Positions 20,112-30,866 of a DNA stretch of 64,000 nucleotides are shown here, in pieces (the stretch's first letter is position 1; each line of letters opens with the position of its first letter). The translations under genes were made by a program, and so were the position numbers. The DNA comes from an uncultured Planctomycetota bacterium (GTDB taxonomy: Bacteria > Planctomycetota > Planctomycetia > Pirellulales > Lacipirellulaceae), in contig CAVRBU010000012.1 in NCBI GenBank assembly GCA_963719315.1, forward strand, positions 52,314-116,313. Reading direction: 5' to 3'. The notes under the pieces are model-generated. The model saw nothing but the letters and a program-made list of their open reading frames with translations. It had not been told where the DNA came from and made no database searches.

Positions 20112-21029
20112 GGACCTATCCCAAAATTCCACATCGCCTTAAGGCGATGAGGGCGAATTGTAGATGAACGAACCCAAGATAGTTAGCCGCCTTCTTTTCC
20201 CAACGGATCAGGAGCCTGCGGGCGCGGTTGGTCCAAGAATGCGCGGCTTCGACAACCCAGCGTCGAGCTTTGTGGCCGGCGCGACAGCGACGCTGCTCCT
20301 CGCCACGGCAGCGGATGTGAGGCACGTACCCGAAACGATTCGCCGTAGCTGTCGACGGTTCGCCAAAGTATCCCTTGTCGAGACACAGGTGCTGCTTGCG
20401 CCGACGGCTGGGTCGTCGAATCGGGATGGAGCGAAGCGTGTCGCGCAGAAGACGTTGGTCGTGAGCATTGGCGCCGTCAATCGCGACGCCCAGAGGAACG
20501 CCGCGGGCGTCGGTCAAGACCGATCGCTTGACTCCGAGCTTACCTCGATCGGTGGGGTTTTTCCCGGTTTTTTTCCCCTCCCAGCGGCGACTTAGTTGTC
20601 GCGCCGTCCACCGACTGCCAGCGCCAAGCGATGCCGCGCTTCTGATCGTACTTCCCCAGCGCCCGTTTCCAAAACCGTTGCCAAATACCCAGGCGAGTCC
20701 ACTCTTGGAAATAGCGATGAACGGTACTGGGGCTGCCAAATTGTGGCGGCAGCGCCTTCCACTGGCAGCCGGTGCGCAACAGATAAAGAATGCCGCTGGC
20801 AACGGCGCAGATTCGCGCGGGGTCGCCCAACCTTCGTGGATCGCGGATACTTCGGCAGCAAGGGTTCAAGCTGCCGCCAAAGCTTTTCGGGCATCCAAGC
20901 AAATTTGCCCTGCCAATCGCAGTGCATGTACACCTCCGTGCAAGCAAAGACGAGATTCGAACGGAAACCATTCCTCACCTTTTCCTACGCACGGAAATAA
21001 CACCCGTTCACGTATTTTGGGATAGGTCC
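20112..21029 (-). mobile_element. IS5-family insertion sequence (IS427/IS1031-like)
   Basis: 16-bp perfect TIR GGACCTATCCCAAAAT; TTA direct repeats at 20109-20111 and 21030-21032. Confidence 0.92.
20116..20927 (-). CDS. IS5 transposase (frameshift at GGGGA7 near 20570; additional break near 20805)
   Basis: GGAGG RBS; 'ILYLLRTGCQWKALP..STVHRYFQEW', 'NPTDRGKLGVKRS', 'DKGY', 'RWVVE'. Confidence 0.85.
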
Positions 21030-21060
21030 TTAATCCTCCGTCGCCGGCCTAAGCCGGTGT

Positions 21061-21309
21061 TTACTTTCGCAATCCGTGCTTTGGCGGCTTATTCATCACG
21101 GTCGCAATCTCATCGGCACTCATGCCACGTTCCAATAGTTCTCGCTTAAATGAATCTTCGAGCCGATTTTTATGCATGCTGTAGATCATAATGATTGTGA
21201 AGGTCGCAATGGCGACGACTGCGGCCACACACATCGCGATTAATCCATACCGCTCATTGGATTGCAGAGACGCAAGCCACATCCAGAAATTCGTTGGATC
21301 GGAGTGCAT
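21061..21309 (-). CDS. Small membrane protein ('KRELLERGMSADEI' family)
   Basis: One TM plus FKRELLERGMSADEIATVM; paralogous to its neighbour. Confidence 0.65.
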   Translation of the reverse strand: MHSDPTNFWMWLASLQSNERYGLIAMCVAAVVAIATFTIIMIYSMHKNRLEDSFKRELLERGMSADEIATVMNKPPKHGLRK

Positions 21310-21327
21310 AATACTCGCCCTTTCTGG

Positions 21328-21558
21328 TCACGTTTCCCGCGGTGGCCCTGCGCTTATCACCCGTTCGATTTCTTCAACGCTCAGCCCGCGTTCGACCAAT
21401 TCACGCTTAAGTAGCACGTCGGCGCGGTGAGACGCGTACATCCGCAACTGCACGACAAGGGTACTGGTTACGCCCAACGCACCGCCAACCAGAACAACCA
21501 ACACAACCATCTTGAACGGCGATTCGATCTGCAGCAGCGAATGAAAAAAGTCAGTCAC
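21328..21558 (-). CDS. Small membrane protein ('KRELVERGLSVEEI' family)
   Basis: One TM plus LKRELVERGLSVEEIERVI; GTG start with AGGGG upstream. Confidence 0.6.
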   Translation of the reverse strand: MTDFFHSLLQIESPFKMVVLVVLVGGALGVTSTLVVQLRMYASHRADVLLKRELVERGLSVEEIERVISAGPPRET

Positions 21559-21882
21559 GCCGATTCCCCTTAGCCAGCTACCTGAACCCATCGTACCGCA
21601 AGGCAGTCCTCTCCTCTATTCGCCCGTGGAGAGCCAATATTGAGCCGAGAACCATTCAATTCGCCATTTCGCCGCGTCGCCCAGCAGAGCGCACCCGCCG
21701 GTGTCCTCGAAGGCCAGCCTTCAGAGTGCCATCTGGCCCCAATGTTGGTGCCAATTTGTTGCCTATTTTTTAAGCGATCACTGCCCGCTGCTCGTTGACA
21801 GCTCGTCGTAACGTGTTTACTCTAAACGTGTTGCTTTGTTTTTCACCGCTGGCGACTTTGACGGATCTGTTGCTAATTTTGG

Positions 21883-23283
21883 TTGGACACAACCTTGGCC
21901 AATAAGCCCTGGAGCGGAGTTTTTGACCGGGCGACGGATCGTCGCGTCGAGAAGTTCACCGAAAGCGTGAGCTTCGACCGCCGCCTCTACGCCCACGATA
22001 TCCGCGCCTCCATCGCTCACGCCCACATGCTCTCGAAAGTGGGTATCCTCTCGGACGATGAGCGGCACCAGATCATCACCGGCCTGGAGCAAATCGGCCA
22101 CGAAATCGCCGCCGGCAACTTCGAATTTCGCGAGGACCTGGAAGACGTCCATATGAACGTCGAGCGGGCCCTTATCGACCGCATCGGCGACGTCGGCCGC
22201 AAGCTCCACACCGGCCGCAGCCGCAATGACCAGGTTTCGACTGACCTGCGGCTATGGGTCCGCGACGAAATCGACGCCATGTCGGCCCAGCTCGAATCCC
22301 TTCAGCGGGCGTTCCTCGGCCGGACCGAGCAGGACGCCGGCGTCATCTTGCCGGGCTATACGCACATGCAGCGGGCCCAACCCGTGCTGGCCGCCCACTA
22401 TTGGCTGGCGTATTGCGAAAAACTGGAGCGCGACCGCGAGCGGCTCGCCGATTGCCGGGCCCGCGCCAATCAGCTTCCACTCGGCTCCGCCGCCTTGGCC
22501 GGCACCAGCATCCCCATCGACCGGCACATGGTGGCCGAGGAACTCGAATTCGACGGTATCGTGGCCAACAGCCTCGACGCCTCCAGCGACCGCGACTTTG
22601 TCTTGGAATTCGCCTTCGCGTTGTCGACGATCGCCGTCCACCTCAGCGGCTGGTCGGAAGAGTGGATCCTCTGGTCCACCACGGAGTTCGGTTTCATTCG
22701 CCTGCCACAGGAGTTCTGTACCGGCTCGTCGATCATGCCGCAGAAAATCAATCCCGATGTGCTGGAATTGATCCGCGGCCGTTCGGGCCGCGTCGTCGGC
22801 AATCTCGTCAGCCTGCTCGTACTCGTCAAGGGGTTGCCGCTGGCGTACAACCGCGATCTGCAAGAAGACAAGCAGCGGCTGTTCGATTCGGTCGATACGG
22901 TGGCTGGCTGCCTGCAGCTTGCGGCCCCCATCGTCGCCGGCGCCAAACTCAACCGCGATCGAATTGCCGCCCGCATCAACGAGGGTTACCTCGACGCGAC
23001 GACGCTGATGGAACATCTCATCCTGAAAGGCGTTCCGCAGCGCACGGCCCACGAACTCATTGGCCGCCTGGTCGCCGCCGCCATGAAGCTAGGCGTACCG
23101 CTTGCCGACCTTCCGCTGGAAGAATTCCGCGCCGCCCATCCCGCGCTGGACGAAAGCGTGTTCGACGTCCTGGGCGTCGATCGAGCCATCGAGGCGTTTT
23201 CAAGCTACGGCTCGACGAACCCCGAACAAGTCGAACATCAACTCGAACTATGGCGCGAGCGAATGTCGGAGAACGACGCATGA
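21883..23283 (+). CDS. argH: Argininosuccinate lyase
   Basis: EDVHMNVE, LHTGRSRNDQ, PGYTHMQRAQP, GSSIMPQKINPD, YNRDLQEDK. Confidence 0.96.
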   Translation: MDTTLANKPWSGVFDRATDRRVEKFTESVSFDRRLYAHDIRASIAHAHMLSKVGILSDDERHQIITGLEQIGHEIAAGNFEFREDLEDVHMNVERALIDRIGDVGRKLHTGRSRNDQVSTDLRLWVRDEIDAMSAQLESLQRAFLGRTEQDAGVILPGYTHMQRAQPVLAAHYWLAYCEKLERDRERLADCRARANQLPLGSAALAGTSIPIDRHMVAEELEFDGIVANSLDASSDRDFVLEFAFALSTIAVHLSGWSEEWILWSTTEFGFIRLPQEFCTGSSIMPQKINPDVLELIRGRSGRVVGNLVSLLVLVKGLPLAYNRDLQEDKQRLFDSVDTVAGCLQLAAPIVAGAKLNRDRIAARINEGYLDATTLMEHLILKGVPQRTAHELIGRLVAAAMKLGVPLADLPLEEFRAAHPALDESVFDVLGVDRAIEAFSSYGSTNPEQVEHQLELWRERMSENDA

Positions 23284-25208
23284 TCAACAGTTACAAATTC
23301 ACCGCTTGCGGCTTAGCAATAACCCTGCTGATTGCGCATTCAACCGCAATCATGGCGCAGGCTCCACCCCCCGCGCGACCCGCCGCCGCGGCAGTTCAAC
23401 CCGGCGAGGCCGCTGACACGTCAACCGAACCTGTGCAGCCGCTGCTCGAAACGAACCCGGCCGTGCGCTCGGCGCTCGAAACGCCCCGCAAGGCGCCGCG
23501 CGATTTCGTGCAGGCGATCCTGTGGCTTATCGACTTAGGCCGGCCGGAACTCGCCAAACCAATTCTGGCGGAGCTGGCGAAACTCAACATTACCGACGCC
23601 CAACGCGTCGCAATCGTCGGCGAATTCGGCTCGCAGGGAATGCTGCACCTGGCCCGCGCCACAGAACTCGGCCCAGAGGGGGCCGCCTTCGCCGAGGCCT
23701 GCATGGCAGCCGCGAGCGTAGCGGCCAACAATCCGCAACGAATTGCGACGCTCGTCAAGCAGTTGTCGGACCCGTCCGCCGAAGTCCGCACCGCGGCTCG
23801 CAACGACTTGGCCGCCACGGGGCAAATCGGCGCCACCGCGGCGCTCGAAGCGCTCGCTCGCGAAACCGATCCGCAGAGCCGCTCTGCCCTGCTCTCAGCG
23901 ATCGAGCTCATGCACCGCTACGTGGATCGGCCGCTCCTGGCAATGCTCGAAACAAACGACGCCGCGCTCCGCGCGGAGGTCGTCGCGCTGCTAGAACGCC
24001 TCGCCGTTCCGCAAGCCGCACCGCTGCTCTCGGCGAGCTCCGCTTCAGCGGAGCGGGTACTTGCAACCGCCATCGCCAATTACAAACGCGGTATGCCGCC
24101 CTTCGCAGCCGACGCCGCGAACCAAGTTGAACTCTGGAAGTGGAACGACGCCACCAAGTCATTTGCGTCCGCGCGCGTGCCAGCAGATGAGGCTCAAATC
24201 ATCTGGATCGCTCGCCTGGCCGACGACCTTGCCCGGATCCGACCAAAGAATCCAGATGATCAGCGGCAAGCGCTCGTGCTGCGGCTCGAAGCCGATGGAA
24301 TCAAACGCGGGAAAGCGGTCGCCGGCAATCCGATCAACCCCACGTTGCTCGCCCATGCCGATCCGCAAGTGCTTAGCCAGGCCCTCGCTGAGGCCCTACG
24401 AGCGAATTATTCACACGCTGCCTTCGCGCTCGTTCAAGCGCTCGGCACGCACGGCGACCCCAATATCCTACTCACGGCAGACGGCAAACCATCGCCGCTC
24501 GCCGATGCACTCACCAGCCCCAACCGCCGCGTGCGATTCGCTGCTCTGCAGGCGATCATGGCACTCAACCCGGCCACTCCGTATCCCGGTTCAAGCCTCG
24601 TTCCCGATGCACTTGCGTGGTTCGCCGGCAGCACGGGCGAGCGCCAGGCCGTGGTCGCCATGCCGAACATCGCCGCCGCCGCCGATTTAGCCGGCAAGCT
24701 CGCAACGCTGAACCTGGCTGCCGAACCCGTGAATCGCGCCCGCGACGCCGTCGACATGGCCCGCGCGATGCCCGACTTGGAGCTTGTCCTGATCGACATG
24801 AACATTCTCATACCAGACATCCGGCAGGCCGTGTATGAGCTCCGCATCAGCCCAACAACGGGCGACATTCCGATCGCGCTGCTCGCGGCCGATGGCCGGC
24901 TTGAGGCGGCAGATCGCCTGGCGTCTGAGCACACACGCGTGATCGCCATCCCGCGCCCACACACGTCCGAAGCGCTGGCCAGCACCGTCGAAGACCTGAC
25001 CCGGCTCGCCGCTCGCGAGGAAGTGCCCGCCGCCGAACGAGTCGCCCAAGCAGAACAGGCCCGAAAGTGGCTGGCCACGCTCAGCGCCGGCAATCGTCCG
25101 TTCTACACATTCCGCCGCACGGCGTTGTGGAAACCCGCGCCCGGCCCACCCGTTCAAACGCCGCCGCCCGCGGAAGTTCCCGCCCCCGAAAACTTTCCCA
25201 ACCCATGA
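23280..25208 (+). CDS. Exported HEAT-repeat protein with C-terminal receiver-like domain
   Basis: ATGA overlap with argH; signal peptide; HEAT units '[16 protein letters not shown]', '[16 protein letters not shown]'; REC-like 'PDLELVLID...[15 protein letters not shown]'. Confidence 0.7.
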   Translation: MINSYKFTACGLAITLLIAHSTAIMAQAPPPARPAAAAVQPGEAADTSTEPVQPLLETNPAVRSALETPRKAPRDFVQAILWLIDLGRPELAKPILAELAKLNITDAQRVAIVGEFGSQGMLHLARATELGPEGAAFAEACMAAASVAANNPQRIATLVKQLSDPSAEVRTAARNDLAATGQIGATAALEALARETDPQSRSALLSAIELMHRYVDRPLLAMLETNDAALRAEVVALLERLAVPQAAPLLSASSASAERVLATAIANYKRGMPPFAADAANQVELWKWNDATKSFASARVPADEAQIIWIARLADDLARIRPKNPDDQRQALVLRLEADGIKRGKAVAGNPINPTLLAHADPQVLSQALAEALRANYSHAAFALVQALGTHGDPNILLTADGKPSPLADALTSPNRRVRFAALQAIMALNPATPYPGSSLVPDALAWFAGSTGERQAVVAMPNIAAAADLAGKLATLNLAAEPVNRARDAVDMARAMPDLELVLIDMNILIPDIRQAVYELRISPTTGDIPIALLAADGRLEAADRLASEHTRVIAIPRPHTSEALASTVEDLTRLAAREEVPAAERVAQAEQARKWLATLSAGNRPFYTFRRTALWKPAPGPPVQTPPPAEVPAPENFPNP

Positions 25209-26263
25209 GCCGCAACGCCACGAACGTCGGTCCGCCGGTCGAGCCTCTGCCGGGCATCATCGGCTCCAGCCAAGCGATGATGGCTGTCTATCGACTGACG
25301 CGGCAAGTTGCTCGCAGCCGAGCCTCTGTTTTGTTGCTCGGCGAAACGGGGACCGGCAAGGAGCTCATCGCCCACGCGATTCACGAGCAAAGCCAGCGCC
25401 GCAACCGGCCGTTTGTGCGCGTCAACTGCGGCGCGCTCAGCGAGAGCCTGCTGGAAAGCGAGCTTTTCGGCCACGTTCGCGGCGCATTCACGGGCGCAAT
25501 CGACAACCGCACCGGCCGCTTCGAAGCGGCCCACACCGGCACGATCTTCCTCGACGAAATCAACTCCACCACGCCTCACCTGCAAGTAAAGTTGCTCCGC
25601 GCGCTCCAAGAGCGCGAGTTCGAGCGCGTGGGAGATACGCAAACGATCCGCGTCGATACGCGGGTCATCGCCGCCAGCAACCGCGACCTGTTGGCCGAGT
25701 CGGCGGCCGGCCGTTTCCGCGAGGATTTGTATTATCGGCTTAATGTAGTCCCTCTTCATTTGCCGCCGCTACGCGATCGCCGCGAGGATATCCCCGAACT
25801 GGTCGCTCATTTCCTCGACTTATACAATGAACAGAACGACCGCTATGTGGCCTATATCGAGCCGCGAGCTCTAGCTGCACTGCAGCATTACCAGTGGCCC
25901 GGCAACGTACGCGAGTTGCAAAACTACGTCGAACGGGCCGTTGTCATGGCGACCGGTGACGAGCTCACGCTCGACTTATTGCCGTCCGCGGTAACAACCG
26001 GACGCACGCCACGGGCGATCGGCGTGGCCCTCGATTTCAACTCCTTGGCGGAAGAACTGGTCCACCTTGGCATGGGCGAGGCCGGTGACGAGGCCGACGA
26101 CGTTCACAGCCGCATCGTCGATCGCGTTGAACGCGAAGTGATTGCCCAAGTCCTACACCAATGTGAAGGCGTCCAAATCAAAGCCGCCAGCCGGCTGGGT
26201 ATCAACCGCAACACGCTCCATAAGAAACTAAAACAATACGGCCTCGACGGCGAACAAACCTAG
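25205..26263 (+). CDS. Sigma-54-dependent activator (AAA+ and Fis HTH, no N-terminal sensor)
   Basis: [38 protein letters not shown], '[12 protein letters not shown]'. Confidence 0.93.
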   Translation: MSRNATNVGPPVEPLPGIIGSSQAMMAVYRLTRQVARSRASVLLLGETGTGKELIAHAIHEQSQRRNRPFVRVNCGALSESLLESELFGHVRGAFTGAIDNRTGRFEAAHTGTIFLDEINSTTPHLQVKLLRALQEREFERVGDTQTIRVDTRVIAASNRDLLAESAAGRFREDLYYRLNVVPLHLPPLRDRREDIPELVAHFLDLYNEQNDRYVAYIEPRALAALQHYQWPGNVRELQNYVERAVVMATGDELTLDLLPSAVTTGRTPRAIGVALDFNSLAEELVHLGMGEAGDEADDVHSRIVDRVEREVIAQVLHQCEGVQIKAASRLGINRNTLHKKLKQYGLDGEQT

Positions 26264-26374
26264 ACAAGGAGTCAAGGAGAATCAGGGTAGCTGAATTCTT
26301 GCGAATTCAGCTACTTCGTTAGGAAGCGATCACAATCTCCTTGTCTCCTTGCCTCCTTGTCTCCCCCTCTCCTT
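26263..26374. repeat. Inverted GACAAGGA octamer arrays enclosing a GTAG-REP palindrome
   Basis: GACAAGGAGTCAAGGAGA ... TCTCCTTGTCTCCTTGCCTCCTTGTCTCC; GTAGCTGAATTC-TTGC-GAATTCAGCTAC at 26287-26314. Confidence 0.75.
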
Positions 26375-26376
26375 AA

Positions 26377-27279
26377 ATGATCTCCGGTATCACAATCATC
26401 GTTTTCGCCGCGTGCTACGCGATCGCGTTCGCCCTCGAACTCACAAGTCTTCGCCGCCGGCCTGCCTGGTTCCCAGCGCCGCTCATCATCGCCACGGTCG
26501 TGGGTCTGGCTCTACACTCACTCTATCTCGTTCGCAGCGCCATCGGCTCCAACGCCCTCCCGATTTCCACGGCCGATTGGCTCCTCTGGGCCGCCTGGCT
26601 CTTGGCGATCGTATATCTCACCGCGTTGTTCTATCTGCCGCGCAGCCCCACCGGCCTCGTGCTCTTGCCGATCGTTCTGGGCTTGGTGCTTGGTTCGCGG
26701 TGGGCGAGCACCGAGCCGCTGGCGTCCGAACGATCTTTTTACGTCCTCGGCATGCTTCACGGGATGTTGCTGCTCGCCGGCACCGTGACCGTTTGCGTTG
26801 GCTTTCTCGCCGGCTTGATGTATCTCGTACAAAGCTACGCGTTGAAACACGCCCGCTCCGCCGCCAATCGCTTGCGCCTCCCCAGCCTGGAATGGCTGGA
26901 GCGCGTCAACGGCCGGACACTGGGAATTTCCGCCGTCCTAATCGCGCTCGGCTTCGTATCCGGCATGGTGATGACGCTAGCCAAGCATCGGGACGATGCA
27001 ACATACGACCTGTGGACCGACCCAGTCGTCCTCAGCCTCGCCGCCATGCTCGTGTGGCTAGTCGCCGCCGAAGTTTTTCGGCTCATCTATCCAGCCGCCC
27101 GCCGCGGACGCAAAGTGGCGTACCTCACACTCGCCTCATTCGTTTTTCTAGTAATCGCCCTGGCCTCGTTTACGCTGCTCGATAACGTACATGGCTCGAG
27201 CCGCGCCGAACGCAAGAGCTTGCCTTCCGTCGACTGGGTTCCACACTCGACACTCGATGCTCGACATTCGACCGCATGA
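26377..27279 (+). CDS. CcsA/HemX-like cytochrome c assembly family membrane protein linked to hemA
   Basis: About 8 TM; 'GLMYLVQSYALK...RLPSLEWLE', 'WTDPVV', 'RRGRKVAYLT'; overlaps the hemA start. Confidence 0.8.
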   Translation: MISGITIIVFAACYAIAFALELTSLRRRPAWFPAPLIIATVVGLALHSLYLVRSAIGSNALPISTADWLLWAAWLLAIVYLTALFYLPRSPTGLVLLPIVLGLVLGSRWASTEPLASERSFYVLGMLHGMLLLAGTVTVCVGFLAGLMYLVQSYALKHARSAANRLRLPSLEWLERVNGRTLGISAVLIALGFVSGMVMTLAKHRDDATYDLWTDPVVLSLAAMLVWLVAAEVFRLIYPAARRGRKVAYLTLASFVFLVIALASFTLLDNVHGSSRAERKSLPSVDWVPHSTLDARHSTA

Positions 27280-28568
27280 CAGCCCCCCTTCAACTCGCGA
27301 TGGTCGGTTGCAGCCACAGGCATTCCAGCCTGGCGGTTCGCGAGCGATTGGCGTTCACGCCCGAACAGGCGCTCGATGCGCTCGCTGCCTGGCGCGTGAC
27401 GCATCCCGATCAAGAGGCGGTGCTCATCTCCACCTGCCATCGCGTCGAGTTGTATGCAGCAGCAGCCGATCCTGACGTTCGCGTTGAGACGCCCGCGATC
27501 ACTCACTTTCTCACCGACTTTCACAATGTTCCGATCGAGGAAGCCGGAAAAGAATTGGCCGCGCTCGAAGGCGAGCAGGCCGTCCGCCACTTATTTCGCG
27601 TAGCGGCCAGCCTCGACAGCATGGTCGTCGGCGAGGCCCAGATTCTGTCGCAAGTCAAACAAGCCTACGAACTGGCCAACAAAATCGGCAGCGCCGGCCC
27701 CGTGACTCATGGTTTTTTCCAAAACGCGATCCGAGTGGCCCGCCGCGTGGCCAACGAAACGCCGCTCCACCGCCATCGCGTGAGCATTCCCAGCGTGGCG
27801 ATCGCCGATTTTGCGGCCCGCATCTTCGAACGCTTCGACGACAAGCGCGTGCTCGTCGTCGGCGCCGGTAAAATGGCCCAGGAAACGCTTCAGTATTTGT
27901 CCGACGCCGGCGCCAAGAAAATCGTCGTTCTCAATCGCGACATCGAGCGCGCCCGGACGCTGGCCGCGCAGTGGGAAGGTCAAGCCGCCCCGTGGGAAGG
28001 CCTCCACAAGCAGCTCGTTCTGGCGGACCTGGTTGTGAGTACCACCGGCGCCGATCGCCCCGTCGTCTCGCTCGAAGACTTTCAGCAACACGTCGCTCGC
28101 AATCGCCACCAGCGGCCGCTGTTCGTGCTCGATCTGGCGATGCCGCGCGATTTCGAGCACGCGATCGGTGACGAGTTGGGCGTTTATCTATACGGCATCG
28201 ACGACCTGGCCGAGGCCTGTAATCGCAATCGCGAAGCACGGGCTGAAGCCCTGCCGGTCGCCGAGCGAATCATCGAGGAAGAAGTCCGCGCGTTCATGGC
28301 CGATACGCATCACCGAGCGTCAGGCCCGGTCATCGCCCGCTTCCGGGAAGGCCTGGAGAACACGCAAGCCGCGGAGCTGACGCGCCTCTATGCGAAGTTG
28401 CCCGAGTTAGACGACCGCTCGCGCCGCGAAATCCAACAATTCGCCGATCGGCTTGTGGCCAAGATGTTGCACCCGCCCCTGGAATCCTTGCGCGACGAAT
28501 CTCGCAATGGCTCCGTGCACGGCCTGCTGGAAGCGCTGCAGCGACTGTTCCAGCTCAAAGACGACTAG
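27276..28568 (+). CDS. hemA: Glutamyl-tRNA reductase
   Basis: STCHRVELY, HLFRVAASLDSMVVGEAQILSQVK, GAGKMA, DLAMPRD. Confidence 0.96.
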   Translation: MTAPLQLAMVGCSHRHSSLAVRERLAFTPEQALDALAAWRVTHPDQEAVLISTCHRVELYAAAADPDVRVETPAITHFLTDFHNVPIEEAGKELAALEGEQAVRHLFRVAASLDSMVVGEAQILSQVKQAYELANKIGSAGPVTHGFFQNAIRVARRVANETPLHRHRVSIPSVAIADFAARIFERFDDKRVLVVGAGKMAQETLQYLSDAGAKKIVVLNRDIERARTLAAQWEGQAAPWEGLHKQLVLADLVVSTTGADRPVVSLEDFQQHVARNRHQRPLFVLDLAMPRDFEHAIGDELGVYLYGIDDLAEACNRNREARAEALPVAERIIEEEVRAFMADTHHRASGPVIARFREGLENTQAAELTRLYAKLPELDDRSRREIQQFADRLVAKMLHPPLESLRDESRNGSVHGLLEALQRLFQLKDD

Positions 28569-28628
28569 GTCGAGCAGACATTAGTGTCTGCCGATGCCAT
28601 CGATGGTAGACAGGATTGTCTGTCCCAC
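28569..28628. repeat. Degenerate inverted REP pair between convergent genes
   Basis: GCAGACATTAGTGTCTGCC ... GGTAGACAGGATTGTCTGTCCCAC. Confidence 0.55.
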
Positions 28629-28637
28629 GTCCCTGCC

Positions 28638-29051
28638 TTACTCCTCTTCCTCATCCTCGAACTCATATTCGAGTTCTTCGTCTTCCTCTTCTTCGTCCTC
28701 GTCGTCGAAATCCTCGTCATCCTCGTCGTCGTCATCTAGCTCGTCTTCGGCGATCTCATCGTCCTCGACTTCTTCCCATTCGTCTTCCTCGAGGTCGTCC
28801 TCTTCATCATCATCCTCGTCCAGGTCGTCATCGTCGTCGATCTCATCGTCGTCGAAGTCGTCATCCTCATCGAGATCGTCATCGTCTTCGAACTCGTCAT
28901 CATCGAGATCGTCATCGTCCTCAAGCTCGTCGTCGTCCTCCTCGTCGTCCTCTTCCTCTTCTTCTTCCTCCTCTTCTTCGTCCTCGTCTCTCCGCGCGGA
29001 CTTCAGTTGGCGTTCCAACAGGGCCACGGCACGCATTTCTTCCAGACTCAT
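28638..29051 (-). CDS. Extremely acidic (poly-D/E) protein, 137 aa
   Basis: GGAG RBS; 21-aa head MSLEEMRAVALLERQLKSARR then about 116 aa that are about 85% D/E with mixed synonymous codons. Confidence 0.7.
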   Translation of the reverse strand: MSLEEMRAVALLERQLKSARRDEDEEEEEEEEEEDDEEDDDELEDDDDLDDDEFEDDDDLDEDDDFDDDEIDDDDDLDEDDDEEDDLEEDEWEEVEDDEIAEDELDDDDEDDEDFDDEDEEEEDEELEYEFEDEEEE

Positions 29052-29250
29052 CGTGGGGATCTCCAAATACTTGGATCGTTTGCCGTTTGGTCGCTCCCAG
29101 CGCAACGTCCAACATAGGGTGAGTAGGCGAGTAGATGAATCGGCAATTCGCAGCCGATTAAATGAGTGCAACGCCGATTCAATTACTCACTTACTCGCCG
29201 TCCCCCAAACAGCAGCATACGATCTTACCATGGAAAGCAAAACACACAGC

Positions 29251-30011
29251 CTATGCAGCTTTAATACTGTCGGTCAAGCCAGCCTCGGAGCCTGTAAAAT
29301 CCGGCGCAGATTCGCTGTTTAGTTCGTAGGTAGCTGGTGTTCTCCGCAATTGAGCAGCCCAGGGAAGCTGGTCCAAATTGCACAGGCCGAATACTTCCAG
29401 AAATCGCTTCGTTGTTCCATAACGGAGCGGACGACCTAATTCTTCCGAACGGCCCACAATACGCAAGAGGTCGCGGTCCATCAACAGCCGCAATATTTCG
29501 CCACAAGCCACGCCGCGGATGGCTTCCACCTCGGCCCGCAACACCGGCTGCCGATACGCCACCACGGAAAGCGTCTCCAAGGCGGGGGGGAGAGCCGGAT
29601 TTCGCGCTCCGAAGCACGCTGCGGGCGTAGCCATTGTGCGAATTCGCGGCGGCTGAGCAGTTGATGCCCCCCCGCCACCTGCGCCACCTGAAACGCACAG
29701 CCCCGTTCGTCGTACCGCCCCCGCAAGTGCTTGAGGGCCGTTCTGGCCTCCGTTGCATCGGCCAGATTGGCCATTTGGGCTAACTTCCGCAGCGATAACG
29801 GTTCGCGGGCTAGAAACAACACCGCTTCCAACCGGCTGCGGCGTACCAGCGAAAGCGTGCCGTCGGTGGTCGATGATCGACCACCGACAAGTCGTCGTTG
29901 CAGCGAGCGGGGCGAGCGGCTGAAGGCGCAAAAGGCGGCCGCCGCCGATGGTCGGCGTCCCACAAGGCACAGCAAGCCGCGGCTAGACGACGATTTCCAC
30001 AAATGATGCAT
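29251..30011 (-). CDS. scpB: SMC-Scp complex subunit ScpB (frameshift at G7 run 29584-29590)
   Basis: LEAVLFLAREPL, QVAGGHQL, ALETLSVVAYRQPVLRAEVEAIRGV, GRPLRYGTTKRFLEVFGL; start uncertain. Confidence 0.88.
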
Positions 30012-30073
30012 TGTTTGATTCAACCAAAACCACAGAGCACGAATTCCGACTCCCTGCTCCTAGCTCCCCCGCT

Positions 30074-30688
30074 CTAGTACCGGAGCCGGCCACCATCCCG
30101 CTGCGCAACTTGCCACGCTTCAACCTTGGCGATGACTTGCTCCACGGCCACCACAGGTTCCGCAGCGACCGACTCGAAATGCTGCGTCATCGCGGGTGCA
30201 TTCGCGAGCGGCGCGCGGCAGCTAAACCGATAGAGGTTTCCGCTGCTTCCCCAGGCTGCCAGATTTGTGTCGGCCGCCCCCAATTGCTGCAATCGCGACA
30301 TCAACTCCGACATGCGATCGCTGCCGGCCGGTGTTGCGGTTGGCAGCAGAATTGCAGCGGCTGGCGACGAAGGGCTTTCTGGCAGCAACTTTGGCGCCTC
30401 GGTTGACGTCAACGGTGGATTTTGCGGTGCCAGGACGGGAGCTCCGGAAATCGCACTAGGCGATTGGTTCGCATTGCTTGCCGGCGGCGCGGCTACACGT
30501 GGGTCGAGTGGAACGTTCGCTGACGCCTGCTGCCGACTCTGAATCGCCGACTGTGCCATCTCAATGGCCTGCGTGGCGACTGCCTTCACTTGCTCATTAG
30601 TCGGGCCGTACAGGTGCCAGCCTTTGACGGCCACCGCCGCGACGCCCACCATCACCACGGCACGAAAGATCGTTTGAAACGACGGCAT
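30074..30688 (-). CDS. Membrane-anchored hypothetical protein
   Basis: N-terminal TM, Pro-rich linker, C-terminal 'LQQLGA...WGSSGNLYRFSC' domain. Confidence 0.6.
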   Translation of the reverse strand: MPSFQTIFRAVVMVGVAAVAVKGWHLYGPTNEQVKAVATQAIEMAQSAIQSRQQASANVPLDPRVAAPPASNANQSPSAISGAPVLAPQNPPLTSTEAPKLLPESPSSPAAAILLPTATPAGSDRMSELMSRLQQLGAADTNLAAWGSSGNLYRFSCRAPLANAPAMTQHFESVAAEPVVAVEQVIAKVEAWQVAQRDGGRLRY

Positions 30689-30866
30689 ATTTTTAGCTCC
30701 GTTATCTCTCTCGGACTGCGGATTTTGCAGCGACTTTCACGCTCCACGCGTACCCTCCACGCGGGCCGCGAATCATACCCGCCCGTTATTCCGCCCCACA
30801 ATGCCAGATCGCCTCAATTTTCCCCGAGCATTTTCGACCCCCACACCGCACGCCTATGATGAACGC

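Noticed and set aside
21738..21754. Sigma-54 promoter-like TTGGCAC-N5-TTGG on the minus strand
   Set aside because: Lacks the conserved -12 GC; insufficient support
22254..23279. 984-aa ORF extending upstream over argH
   Set aside because: Alternate-frame read-through in GC-rich DNA; the real start is the ATG at 23280 with a signal peptide
28594..29322. Poly-Ser ORF on the + strand
   Set aside because: Antisense shadow of the poly-D/E gene, which has the RBS
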